DNA of 64,000 bases from Bryobacterales bacterium (lineage in GTDB: Bacteria > Acidobacteriota > Terriglobia > Bryobacterales > UBA6623), in NCBI GenBank assembly GCA_963422375.2, contig OY729427.2, positions 6,430 through 70,429 of the forward strand, in the 5' to 3' direction. The position numbers were made by a program, and so were the translations under genes. Under the pieces are notes generated by a model. It had not been told where the DNA came from. It searched no databases and worked only from the letters and a program-made list of their open reading frames with translations. The first letter of the stretch is position 1; each line of letters starts with the position of its first letter. Positions 37,029 through 47,650 of this stretch are shown here, piece by piece.

Positions 37029-37179
37029 TCGCAGTCAGGGCGGGGCTCGGGTATCCGCTCCGGCCACCGGCTCGGCGGCATCCGGCCCCGTCCCGCTCGC
37101 GACTGGCGGGGACGCCTGCCCCGTAGGCCAGCGCCGCCTTGCTATCGACGCGAGCGCGTGCGTCCTACCGGCCCCGGCA

Positions 37180-38601
37180 TCACCGCGGCGGACGGACGGT
37201 CCAGTTGGGGTGCGCGACATGCTCCCGGGCCATGATCGCCTCGATTTCCGCGACCACGTCCCGATGGTTCCGCGCCACGTCGTAAGTTTCGGCCGGGTCG
37301 CGGGTCACGTCGTACAACTCGACCCGGCCCGTCAGCATCGGCTTGCGGACGCCCTTCCAGCGACGGAGCCGGACCGCCTGCGCCGAGCCGCCCTCGTAGA
37401 ACTCCCAGTACAGGTGGTCGTGCGGCCGCTGGTCGCCGGGACGGCCCCGCAGCGTCGGCGCGAAGCTGACCGAGTCCGTGCCCGGCGGCATCTCCGCTCC
37501 CGCAAGATCCGCCGCGGTCGCCATCAGGTCGCCGAAGTAGCCGACGTGGTCCGAAACCCGGCCCGGCTGGATGGCATCCGGCCACCAAGCGAGGAACGGC
37601 ACGCGGATGCCCCCCTCGTAGAGGTCGCGCTTGGTACCGCGCAACACGCCCGACGGGTCGAACTTGAGCAGGTCGTGATTGGACTCGTTGTGCGGCCCGT
37701 TGTCGGAGGAGAACATCACGAGCGTGTTCTCGGCGAGGCCGAGCTCGGCCAGCCGGTCCAGCAGCGAGCCGACATCCCGGTCCATGCGCGTGATCATGGC
37801 GGCCTGCCCCTTGTCGGGATTCGGCCAGTCCTCGCGGTCGTAGATCCCGTACTCGGGCACCTCGGCCCCGTCCCCTGTAGCTGACGTACCCTCGTTGTTC
37901 GCATGGGGAATCGTAAGGGCCAGATACAGGAAGAACGATGCGTCCCCCTGTCTCGCGAGCCAGTCCATGGCCTCGCGCATGATCACGTCATGGGAGTACT
38001 CCCGGCGCTCGGTCGCCCATCCGCCGCGGAAGCCGCCGTACTCCCGCGCTATGCGCTGGACGCTGTTCCGCAGAGAAGCCTTCTCCAGGCCGCGCCAGAG
38101 GAACTCCGGATAGTAGTTGTGGGCGTGGACCTGGTTCAGGTAGCCGAAGAACGTGTCGAATCCCTGCTTGAGCGGGTGCCCTTCCAAGCCGACCTCGCCT
38201 AGGCCCCACTTGCCGTACAGGGCCGTGGAGTAGCCCGCGAACTTCAGCACCTCCGCTACGGTGAGGTCCTCGTCGCGGAGCGACTGGGCCGTCATGTCCG
38301 GGCCGCGGGCGTTGCCCCGGACGTGCGTGTGCCCGGTATGCAAGCCCGTCATCAGGACGCTGCGCGACGGGGCGCAGACGGTGGCACCGGCGTAGAACTG
38401 GGTGAACCGGATGCCTTCCCTTGCCATCCGGTCGAGGCGGGGAGTCTGTATGACCGCCTGGCCGTAGGACCCGAGGTCCCCGTATCCGAGGTCGTCGGCG
38501 AGGATAAAGACTATGTTGGGCCGCTCCGCTTCCGCCCGGACGCTCGCGGCTGCCGCCAGCAGCAGCGCCGCCACGGCTAACAGAGACAGGGGTCTTCGCA
38601 T
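37180..38601 (-). CDS. Sulfatase (formylglycine-dependent, arylsulfatase A family)
   Basis: MRRPLSLLAVAALLLAAAASVRA signal, then PNIVFILADDLGYGDLG, the CAPSR motif and ...DNGP... Confidence 0.9.
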   Translation of the reverse strand: MRRPLSLLAVAALLLAAAASVRAEAERPNIVFILADDLGYGDLGSYGQAVIQTPRLDRMAREGIRFTQFYAGATVCAPSRSVLMTGLHTGHTHVRGNARGPDMTAQSLRDEDLTVAEVLKFAGYSTALYGKWGLGEVGLEGHPLKQGFDTFFGYLNQVHAHNYYPEFLWRGLEKASLRNSVQRIAREYGGFRGGWATERREYSHDVIMREAMDWLARQGDASFFLYLALTIPHANNEGTSATGDGAEVPEYGIYDREDWPNPDKGQAAMITRMDRDVGSLLDRLAELGLAENTLVMFSSDNGPHNESNHDLLKFDPSGVLRGTKRDLYEGGIRVPFLAWWPDAIQPGRVSDHVGYFGDLMATAADLAGAEMPPGTDSVSFAPTLRGRPGDQRPHDHLYWEFYEGGSAQAVRLRRWKGVRKPMLTGRVELYDVTRDPAETYDVARNHRDVVAEIEAIMAREHVAHPNWTVRPPR

Positions 38602-38624
38602 CAATCCCTCCAATGAGCTCGATT

Positions 38625-41464
38625 CTAGCGCCGGCTGGCCCGCGGGCCCCACTGGGTCGCCTCGAGAAAGGCTAGGAGGTCGGCCAGGTCGCCGCGGCTG
38701 ACCTGCTCGGCCAGCCCGGACGGCATGGCAGAAACGGTGCCCGGACGGATCTTCTCGATCTCCGAACGCGCGAGCCACGCTTGGCTCTCAGCGTCCAGGG
38801 CCAGCAGAAGGTGCGTGTCGCTCTCCTCGAGCACCACTCCGTTGAGGCTCTGGTCGGCGGTGACTGCGACGACGGGCTCGAAGCTGCACACGAAGCTCGC
38901 GCTCGGGTAGACGATCGCTTCGAGCAGGTCCCTGCGCTCGCGAATCTGCCCGATCCGGGTCAGATCGGGGCCGATCTTCCCTCCTTGGTAGCCGATCGCA
39001 TGGCAAGCCATGCAGGCGGTCTCGGCGCTATTGAAGACAGCCTGACCCCGCACGACATCGCCCGGCGGAAGCGAGTCGAGCATCCGGTCGATCATGGCGT
39101 TCTGTTCGGCAAGCCCGGCGACCTCGCCCACGAGGAGAGCGTCGACCCGTTCGCGGACCCGAGGCGGGAACCCCCGCGTGGCGGAGGCGGCGACATCGGC
39201 ACGCAGGTTGGCGAGGCCGCGAGCCTGCGACAAACGGTCCGCGAACCGCGCCCCGACCTCGGCATCGTCGGACCGGCGGAACGCTGCAACGATCCGCGGC
39301 AATTCCATCGGTCCCACTTCGGGCAGCAGGTCCGCCAGATCCAGGAGCTGGTCGCGGTTCAGCGGCGCCTCCGACAGCACGGTGGCAGCGGCGGCCCTAT
39401 CTCGGACCGCGCCCGACGGGTGAACCTCGCCGACAGCCAAGGCGTACAACGCAGGATCGAGACCCCCGAGAGAAGCAGCACCGGCGGCCAGCGCCCGAAT
39501 CCGGATTGATTCGGCGACCGCCGGATCGCTTGCCACACCGAGCAGCGCGGCATCCAACCGCGGCAATACTTCGTCCGGAGGCGGCATTCCGCGTGCCGCC
39601 CGCAGGGCGGCTTCGACCGTGTCCTTCCGTCCGAGCGCAACCGCGATCGTGGCTTCCCAGCCGTCCGGGACCTCGTCCACGGACGCGCCCGCCATGGCCT
39701 CCAGCGCCACTTGTCTCGCCTGCGCCCCGCTGTCGCCGCGGGCCGTGCCGGCCAGCAACGCCTGGATCGAGGGGTTGCCCGCGAAACTCTGGAGCTGCCC
39801 CTCCAGATCTCCGGGCTCCGCAATGGGCCGCTCTCCGAGCCTTCCTGCCAGATACCCGGACAGCGCCCCGCCCCACTCCGGGTGGCGGGAGGCGATCCAG
39901 CTGGCAGCATCCGAGATCAGGGGTTCGGGCGAGCGCAGCAGCGGAAGCACGGTGTCGGAACCGAGCACGGCCGGGCGCATCTGATCCAAGGCGATTAGCG
40001 CGGCCCGGCGAGTCCGGGCGGACAGGGACGACAGGCCGGCCCTCGTGGCGCGAGGATCGGCGATCTCGATCAGGGCATACACCAGCGAGTGCGTCAGGAC
40101 CTCGCCCTCGGCGCGACCCGCCGCCTCGAGCAAAGGACCGACGGCGGACGAATCGCCGATCCGGCCCAGAGCCTCCGCCGCCGCCCTCTTGACTGCGTCC
40201 GAGGAGTCCTCGAGGAGGTCCAGCGCGGCCCCGGCACCCCTTGCGCGCGATGCAAGGCGACCGCGTTGAGAGCCGCATGACGCACGCTTGCGGACTCGTC
40301 CGAAAGGGCCGTACGCACGGCGTCGCGCGCCTCGGCGGATTCGATTCTGGCAAGGGACCATACGGCGTTCCGACGCGCTTCGAGCGACGGGCCGTCCTTC
40401 AGTGCCCGGGCGAGTTCATCCACGGGCTCTGTCGCGACCGAGGCTGTCAAGACCTTCCTGCGCACCCCGGGCCGGGGATCGCCCAGCAGTTCGACGAGGG
40501 CCGCGGAGCCGGCGTCCGACCAGTCGATCGCGCTTCCGCGCGGATCCTGCGGTGCGAACGCGCCGCGCTCGCGGATACGGTAGATGCCGCCGAGCAGGTC
40601 CGGCTTGGACAGCTGCGCGGTAGGGCAGCAGAGCTTGTCCAAGCCCCGGTGTCAACGACAAGCAAGCTTCCGTCCGCGTCCTCCATGACGTCCGTCGGAT
40701 GGAAGTCCCGGCTGCCCGAGACCAGGAAGTCTTCATCCTCCGTCACGAAGCTGGCTCCGCTCGGCACGAGCCGGTGGGACGTGACCTTGTTCAGGTTGAA
40801 TGACGTGGCGAAGAGGCGGCCGCGGTAATCGTCGCCGAACTGGCTCGACTCGTACCGGGCGAGACCGACCGGAGCTGCGCCGCCCATGTGCGTCATGACC
40901 GACAGGTAACCGCCGGTCATCGGATGGCCGTCGGTGACGCCGTGAACCTTGCCGTAGACGCCGCCGTACACGGCATGGACGATGCCGTCCCGCCGGCCCA
41001 GCTGCGGGTGAACTAGGAAGGTCGACGTGAGCAGCCTCTCGCCCTCGGGGGTGAAGGCGACCTCCACCGGGTTGTCCATGCCACCCGTCAGCACCGCCTC
41101 GACCGGGCCGCCGCCCGGGCGACGCCTGAATACATGCGCCGCCCGGGTCACGAGCGGCTCCCGCCCGGGCCGCTCGTAAGTCTGCTCGGCGAAGGCACCC
41201 TTCGTCCAGTAGATCCGGCCGTCCAGCCCGAGATACGGCCCGTGAAGGTCGTTGGCGCAGTTCGTCAGGGTCTTGGCGTCGAACCACTCCTCCCGCTCGT
41301 CCGCCACGCCGTCCCCGTCCGTGTCGGTGAGCTTCCAAATGCTCGGCGGAGCGGCGACGTAGACCGAGCCGTCGTGCCAGAGCACGCCCTCTGGAAGCAT
41401 CATCCCATCGGCGAATACCGTACGCCTGTCGTAGCGCCCGTCGTCGTCAAGGTCTTCGAGCAGT
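38625..41464 (-). pseudogene. PVC-type heme-binding (CxxCH) / HEAT-repeat / membrane-bound-dehydrogenase-domain protein, main body; split by the composite transposon and carrying two frameshifts
   Basis: ...LLEDLDDDGRYDRRTVFADGMMLPEGVLWHDGSVYVAAPPSIWKLTDTDGDGVADE..., ...VVDTGAW/DKLCCPTAQL..., HEAT-like repeats (VRHAALNAV, AVKRAAAEALGRIGD), C-terminal ...GQAVFNSAETACMACHAIGYQGGKIGPDL... These span three frames (track ORFs 40447..41403, 40094..40642, 38625..40361). Confidence 0.8.
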
Positions 41465-42478
41465 CAGCGATTCTAAATTTGGCCATCAACGGGGTGCGTG
41501 AACGTTGATTAGCTGATTATGAGGATGAGATGAACCACTTTACCGAGAGGTCGCTCTAATAAGGCTGCCTCGCGGGAGCGTCGGACGGCTGGCAGGGCCG
41601 TGGCGCGGCCGCCGCAGCGGGTCGGCCGAGTGCCGAGATCGCGGCCGGACGCGCCCCGGCGGTAGCCGGCTGCCACGGTCGGCCGCTGGCCGGACGCTGC
41701 CGGCACGAAGCTGCGCGGAGTCCAGGCCCCGGCCGGGGTCGGCCGGCAGCCCGGCGGCGCGCGTCCGTCTCTCACCGCCACCAGCAGAGTCGGCCAGTCC
41801 GGGAAGCGGAACCAGCGCAGCGCGGCCTGCAGCTCCCGGAACAGGGCGCGGCGCGTGACTGGCTGGCGCCGGCACTGCTGCCACAGCGCGCAGACGCACT
41901 GCAGCACGGCGCGGAGCGCGAAGGCGAACAGGTTCGGCACGGCCGGCACGTTGGCCAGCCCTTCCTTGCCGTGCCCGAAGTTGCGCTTGCAGTTGCGGCC
42001 GTGCCGCGCCAGGCAGTTGAAGCCCTCGTTCTCGATCTTCCAGCGCGCCCGGCCGGCCCGCGCGATCGGCTCCGCGTTGTCCGCGGTGACTGCGAGACCG
42101 GTGGAGAAGCTGCTGGCGCAGGTGCGCTTGCCGTCGCGCTCCACGGCGTACTCGATCCAAGTGCCCTGCAGGGCGTCGCGGCCCTTGCGCAGGAGCACCG
42201 CGGCCGTCCGGCGGAAACGGTGCCGCTCGGACCGCTTGCCCTTCCCGCGCCGCGGCAGCCAGCCGGTCGAGCGCACCGCGCCGCTCCCCCGCCGGCTCTC
42301 CGGCACCTCGTGCAAGTGCTTGCGGGATCCGGGCTTGCCTACCCGGATGTAGTCCATGCCGGCGGCCTCGCAGACCGGCTGGCAGCAATACAGGGGAATT
42401 ATATATCTGAGTGCCGAGGGAATCAAGTCGGCAAATTATCAAGCCATTATAAAATTTCATATTTCTTCCGACTTTCCG

Positions 42479-42508
42479 TTGACATTATATGGTGTTTCTT
42501 GGTAGAAT
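42479..42508 (+). promoter_or_regulatory. Sigma70-like promoter of the IS1595 transposase
   Basis: TTGACA (42479) - 18 nt - TAGAAT (42503), in the AT-rich left end, ~25 nt upstream of ATG 42532. Confidence 0.45.
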
Positions 42509-42531
42509 AGTTCCAGTAAGGGATACCGTAA

Positions 42532-43398
42532 ATGAAGAAACCAGGTCCCGGAAAGTGGTTCCGTAAAGGCATCACATTGATCGAAGTGATCGCCATGTTC
42601 CCCGATGACGAATCCGCGGAAAAGTGGTTCGCCTCCATGCGCTGGCCGGACGGTCCCGCGTGCCCCCGCTGCCGCGGCTCCAGCGTGCAGTCCGACGCGG
42701 CCCACCCTTCGATGCCGTACCGTTGCCGCGGCTGCGGCAAGCGCTTTTCGGTGCGCACCGGCAGCGTGATGGCCGACACCGAGCTCGGCTACCGCACCCG
42801 GGCCGTCGCCCTGTTCCTGCTGACCACCGGCATCAAGGGCGTCTCGAGCATGAAGCTGCACCGCGACCTGGACATCAGCCAAAAGTCGGCCTGGCACCTG
42901 GCGCACCGCATCCGCGCGTGCCGGGAGCGGGATCGGGGCCCGTTCGCCGGCCCGGTGGAGGTGGACGAGACCTGCGTCGGCGGCAAGGAACGCAACCAGC
43001 ACGAGAGCAAGAAGGCCCGCGCCGGGGGCGACCTGCAGGGCTTCGTGCGCGGCCGGGTCGCGCCGGGCGCGCAGCTCTACTCCGACGAGGCGGCGGCCTG
43101 CGCCGGCATGGCGGAGTTCACGCACGAAGCCGTCAGGCACTCCGGCGGCGAGTACGTGCGCGGGGCAGCGCATGCGAACGGCATCGAATCGTTTGGGTCC
43201 CTGTTCAAGCGCGGCCTGTACGGAACCTATCACCGGATGAGCGTCCGTCATCTCGGCCGCTACCTCACGGAGTTCGCGGGACGGCGCAACGACCGCGACT
43301 GCGACACGGAGGAACAGATGCGGCGCATGGCGCGGGGCTTGGTCGGCCGGACGCTGACCTGCCGGCAGCTGACCGGCAAGGCCGCGGTCGCGGCCTGA
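42532..43398 (+). CDS. IS1595-family transposase (N-terminal Zn-ribbon + ISXO2-like DDE domain); ~30-aa internal deletion relative to copy 2
   Basis: ...WPDGPACPRCRGSSVQSDAAHPSMPYRCRGCGKRFSVRTGSVMADT...VEVDETCVGGKERNQHESKKA...YSDEAAACAGM...ANGIESFGSLFKRGLYGTYHRMSVRHLGRYLTEFAGRRN... Confidence 0.85.
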   Translation: MKKPGPGKWFRKGITLIEVIAMFPDDESAEKWFASMRWPDGPACPRCRGSSVQSDAAHPSMPYRCRGCGKRFSVRTGSVMADTELGYRTRAVALFLLTTGIKGVSSMKLHRDLDISQKSAWHLAHRIRACRERDRGPFAGPVEVDETCVGGKERNQHESKKARAGGDLQGFVRGRVAPGAQLYSDEAAACAGMAEFTHEAVRHSGGEYVRGAAHANGIESFGSLFKRGLYGTYHRMSVRHLGRYLTEFAGRRNDRDCDTEEQMRRMARGLVGRTLTCRQLTGKAAVAA

Positions 43399-44685
43399 GC
43401 GGCGCCCGCCGCGCCGAGCGCGGCAGCCCGCCGCGGGCGCGCGCTGCACGCTCGGTACGAGGGGTGCACCGGATCCGGAAGGCCCCGGCGCGACCCCGGT
43501 CCGGTCCGGACCGGCCATGCAGGCCGTCGAGCGCCGGGGATCCGCTGTCTTCGGCCCTCGCAGGGCCTGCAAGCGGCTTGCAAGGGGTGCCCTGCCACCG
43601 CCAACCGGGTTCCACCGGGGCAACCGGGGCATGCGCGGCGGCCTCTCTAGTCCCTTCCTCATCAAATCCGCTGGCAGGCTCGATTCAGATACGATCCCAC
43701 ACCCCACCCCTCTGTGCCCGCCGCGGCCGCACTCGCATGACCCCAGCTCGACACCCACCTCCCTGCTCACAGCAGTTCTAGTCGGACCATGGCGTTGTCG
43801 GCACTCAGATATATAATTCCCCAATACAAGTCGTCGCCCGGCAGGACGGGGCGGCAGGACGGCATCCAGTCGCCGTGCGCGGCGAGCCAGCGTTTGGCGG
43901 CGTTGCGCTCGCAGTCCCGCTCGCGCTCGTCCTCGCTCATATCGGCGCGGGTCGCGGCCGCGTCCTGCTGCGGGCGCACGAACTCGGGCATCGGCGGCAG
44001 GACCGTAGCGTGGCCGTCGGCCACCGCGGTGGCCGCGACCATGGTGTGGAAGTGATGCGGCCGGCGCTCGCTGCCGACGCGCCGCACCGAGCACTGCGGG
44101 CAATGCACCTTGTCGGAGCGGTGGAACCGGACGCCGTCCGGAGCCGCCGGCAGGCGCTCGTCGAGGCGCTGGAAGGGCTCGAGCGCGCCCTGCGCGGCCA
44201 CGGTTGCGAGGCACGGCCGGAACAGCGGGTCGCACGCGGCCGGGTCGCGGTCGTCGAGCAAGTTGCGGATCCGGTTGTCGCAGGGGATGCGGCCCACGCC
44301 GCACAGGGTCCGGCAGTTGGAGCGCGAGCCGTCCCGCTCCATGCGCCGCTGGAACGCGAGCAACGACTCGCACCGGGTGAAGAAGCAGGCCGGGGCGCAC
44401 CAGGGCGCAACCGGCGGCGGCGCTGACCTCGTAGCGCTTGTTGCTGCGACCCGCGCGCCGGTCGGGCCGGCCGGCGGCCGTCTCGCGGAAGGCGCTCAGC
44501 AGCGAGTCCAGGACATGGGGCATGCACCCTAGCTCACACATTCCGCTAGCAAAAGTCAAGTGCCAGACTGCCTGCGACACCTTTCTCAGACACTCTGGAA
44601 ATCCCGGAATGCCCAAAATTAGAATCGCTGGACGGAGCCCCTTAGGGCCGTCCGAGTCACCCGCTGGTCCCTCCGGATCTAATTA

Positions 44686-44940
44686 GTGCTTGTGACAAAA
44701 CCCCTGAACTCTGGCCTGATCAGCATTTCATACTACATCCTGATGTCGGATGGATCTCCAAACACAACATATAGGGTCCAAGGTCGGAAGTTGCTCAGCC
44801 GCCAATCGCGAAGATTTCCGCGCTCTACCCAGAATTGGCAGGATTTTGGACTAGTCGTAGCATTCCAGCGAAATCTTCGCCTTGAGAGATTGGACCTAAT
44901 GCCTTTTTTGTCAAGGGGATACGAGTTTTTTCACGGGCAC
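44686..44940. mobile_element. 255-bp AT-rich MITE, copy 1
   Basis: Imperfect terminal IRs GTGCTTGTGACAAAAC / GTGCCCGTGAAAAAAC (13/16). It is flanked by the 6-bp direct repeat TAATTA (44680..44685, 44941..44946). A second copy lies at 62765..63019. Confidence 0.7.
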
Positions 44941-45866
44941 TAATTAGAGCGTCGCAGCACCTCTAGCTGCCGCTCCGCCTCCCTCCACCGGCGCTCGGCC
45001 TCTTGCCGCGCCCGCGCCTCCTCGACCCTCTGCCGCGCCTCTTGGTCCCGCTGGCGCTCGGCCTCTTGCCGCGCTCGCGCCTCCTGGCCCACCCGGCGCT
45101 CGGCTTCTTGGCGCGCGCGCGCCTCCTGGTCCACCCGGCGCTCGGCCTTCTGGCGCTGCCGCGTCTCCTCGACCCGCGCCCGCGCCTCCTCGCTCAGCGT
45201 CCGCAGGTATTCCCCCCTGACCGGATCCCAGATGCGCAGGCGCTGCGCGATGCCGTCGTAGCGCAGGTCCAAGCCCAGCACGGCGCTGCGGACGGACAGT
45301 TCCGCGCCGGGCAGGCGTTCGGCCGGCAGCGGCTCGTAGCGGCCGCCCTTCAGGCGGTCGCCCGCCAGGCGCGCCGGCAGCAGGCCGCCCATCGGGTCGT
45401 ACCGGAAGTATTCGCGCACCCCCAGCCGCGCGTACAGCGGCGGCTTCTCGTGCAGGTCCGCGTCGACGGTGCCGGGAGAGGCGACTTCCAGCACGAAGTC
45501 CGGGGGCTTGCCCTCCTCCCACACGAAATAGGACATGCGATTGTCTCCCGGAACGCCCAGCGACACCATCACGTCCGGGACGACCCTGCGCTTGGGACGA
45601 TTCTCGACGTAGTACACCAGCAGGTTGTTGGCCACCAGCACGTCCTCGCGCCGCTCGAAGTAATGGGCCAGCATGGCCGCTGCATCGCGGATCGCCCTTT
45701 CCTGGAAGGTGTTGTCCGCCATCGGCCGACCGTCCGAGCTAGGGTACTGCGCCTCGGCTGCCGCAGGCTGCGGGGCGCGCCACCGCGGAGGGGGCGGGTC
45801 CGTCGGCGCGCGGCGGTCGCGGGCCGGGGCGAGCGGCGGGAATTGGTCGATCTGCTTGCCCGGCAT
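44940..45866 (-). CDS. Uma2-family (DUF820) endonuclease with C-terminal 14-aa tandem-repeat coiled coil
   Basis: ...YPSSDGRPMADNTFQERAIRDAAAMLAHYFERREDVLVANNLLVYYVE..RRVVPDVMVSLGV...PDFVLEVASPGT...YARLGVREYFRYDP... The C-terminus has (EARARQEAERRVxQ)n. The stop TAG spans the MITE end and its target duplication. Confidence 0.8.
   Translation of the reverse strand: MPGKQIDQFPPLAPARDRRAPTDPPPPRWRAPQPAAAEAQYPSSDGRPMADNTFQERAIRDAAAMLAHYFERREDVLVANNLLVYYVENRPKRRVVPDVMVSLGVPGDNRMSYFVWEEGKPPDFVLEVASPGTVDADLHEKPPLYARLGVREYFRYDPMGGLLPARLAGDRLKGGRYEPLPAERLPGAELSVRSAVLGLDLRYDGIAQRLRIWDPVRGEYLRTLSEEARARVEETRQRQKAERRVDQEARARQEAERRVGQEARARQEAERQRDQEARQRVEEARARQEAERRWREAERQLEVLRRSN
45000..45190. repeat. 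In-frame 42-bp tandem repeats (about 3-4 units) in the Uma2 gene 3' region
   Basis: Units start at 45076 and 45118 (CGCGCCTCCTGG(C/T)CCACCCGGCGCTCGGC...), with degenerate units on both sides. Confidence 0.7.
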
Positions 45867-46076
45867 GCGGCCTGGCGACCGGTCGCTTCGGTGCCGACAC
45901 AGTATAGCGGATTAGTGCGGGGAGGCTCCCCCGGAGCGGCGGGCCGGAGCATGACGGGCCGCGAGGCGGCACGGCTCGGCTGACGCGGGTGCTCCGGGCG
46001 GCGAGCGAGACGCTGGTCGGCAGGCTCAGCCGGGCGCGGGCGGTCGGTTCGGTAGGGACGCGCCCGTGTTGCGCCG

Positions 46077-47650
46077 CAGCGGTTCCAAATCTGGCCGTCA
46101 AGGTGGTGCGGGAACGTTGCATAGGCGGACTAGGCGAACCACTTGACCGGGAGGTCGCGCTAGCGAGGCCGCCCCGCGGGAGCGTCGGATGGCTGGCAGC
46201 CCGGCGGCGCGTCCGTCTCGCACCGCCGCCAGCAGAGTCGGCCGGTCCGGGAAGGGGCACCAGCGCAGCGCGGCCTGCAGCTCCCGGAACCAGCCGCGGC
46301 GCGTGACCAGCTGGCGCCGGCACTGCTGCCACAGCGCGCAGGCGCACCGCAGCACGGCATGGAGCGCGAAGGCGAACAGATTCGGCACGGCCGGCACTTC
46401 GGCCGGCACGGCCTTGCCGTGCCCGAAGTTGCGCTTGAAGTTGCGGCCGTTTCGCGCCAGGCAGCTGAGCCCCTCGTTCTCGATCTTCCGGCGGGCCCGG
46501 CCGGCTCGCGCGATCCGCTCCGCGTTGTCCGCGGTGACCGCGAGACAGGTGAAGAAGCAGTTGGCGCAGGTGCGGATGCCGCCGCGCTTCACGGCGTACT
46601 CGATCCAGGTGCCCTGCATGCGGTCGCGGCCACGGCGCAGGAGCACCGCGCCTTACCGGCGGAAGCGGTGCCGCTCGGACCGCTTGCCCTGCCCGGGGCC
46701 GCGGCAGTCAGCCGGTTGATCGCACAGCGCCGCTCGCCCGCCGGCTCTCCGGCACCTCGTACAAGCGCTTGCGGGATCCGGGCTTGCTTAGCGGGATGCA
46801 GTCCATGCCGGAGGCCTCGCAGACTGGCTGGCAGCAGTACAGGTCCTCGCCCGGCAGGACGGGACGGCGGGCCTGCAGCCGGGCGCCGTGCGCGGCGAGC
46901 CAGCGCTTGGCGGCGTTGCGCTCGCAGTCCCGCTTGCGCTCGTCCTCGCTCATGTCGGCGCGGGTCGCGGCCGCGTCCTGCCGCGGGCACGCGAACTCGG
47001 GCATCAGCGGCGGGACGGTGCCATGGCCGTCGGCGACCGCGATGGCCGTGACCAGGGCGTGGAAGCACTGCGGACGGCGCTCGCTGCCGACGCGCCGCAC
47101 CGAGCCCTGCGGGCAATGCACCGTGTCGGAGCGGTGGAACCGGACGCCGTCCAAAGCCACCGGCAGGCGCTCGTCGAGGCGCTGGAAGGGCTCGAGCGCG
47201 CCCTGCGCGGCCGCGGTTTGCAGGCGCAGCCGGAACAGCGGGTCGAACGCGGCCGGGTCGAGGCCGTCGAGCAAGTTGCGGATCGGGCTGTCGCAGGGGA
47301 TGCGGCCCACGACGAACAGGGTTCGGCACTCGGAGCGGGCGCCGTCCCGCTCCATGCTCCGCTGGAACTTGAGGAATGACTCGCATCGGGTGCAGAAGCA
47401 GGCCGGGGCGCACCAGGGCGCAACCGGCGGCGGCGCTGACCCCGTAGCGCGTGTTGCGACCGGTGCGACGGTCAGGCAGGCCGGCGGCCGTCTAGCGGTA
47501 GGCGCCCAGGAGAGAGTCCAAGACATGGGGCATACATCCCAACTCACAATATCCGCGAGGAAAAGTCAGGTGCCTGCCTGCGCCAGACCGCCTTCGACAC
47601 CCTCCTCAGACACTCTGGAAATCCCGGAATGCCCCTATTTGGAATCGCTC
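46077..47650 (-). mobile_element. ISKra4-like IS, copy C (most diverged, multiple stops, no target duplication)
   Basis: The ends are CAGCGGTTCCAAATCTGGCC... and ...CCCCTATTTGGAATCGCTC. The transposase pieces (46098..46646, 46708..47547) are homologous to copy D but degraded (MPHVLDSLLGAYR*). Confidence 0.7.

Larger units (their letters stand above)
42394..43821 (+). mobile_element. IS1595-family IS, copy 1 (nested in ISKra4 copy B)
   Basis: ~24-bp terminal IRs GGGAATTATATATCTGAGTGCCGA / TCGGCACTCAGATATATAATTCCC. The 8-bp target duplication is CAATACAG / CAATACAA (one mismatch). The uninterrupted target is visible in copies A, C and D. Confidence 0.85.
41465..44630 (-). mobile_element. ISKra4-like IS, copy B, interrupted by a nested IS1595-family element
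   Basis: It is homologous to copies A and D on both sides of the 42394..43821 insert, and ends ...AAAATTAGAATCGCTG at 44630. Confidence 0.8.

Noticed and set aside
42457-44616. 719-aa minus-strand ORF
   Set aside because: It is a chimera that reads from the ISKra4 copy B N-terminus, through the antisense strand of the nested IS1595, into other frames. It is not a gene.
44686-44943. 85-aa ORF that spans MITE copy 1 exactly (and stays open through copy 2)
   Set aside because: Of about 12 substitutions between the copies, roughly two-thirds are non-synonymous (L/P, M/S, G/R, V/A, S/R, W/R, M/T, F/L). In copy 1 the stop codon comes from the flanking target duplication. There is no signature of purifying selection, so I treat it as non-coding.
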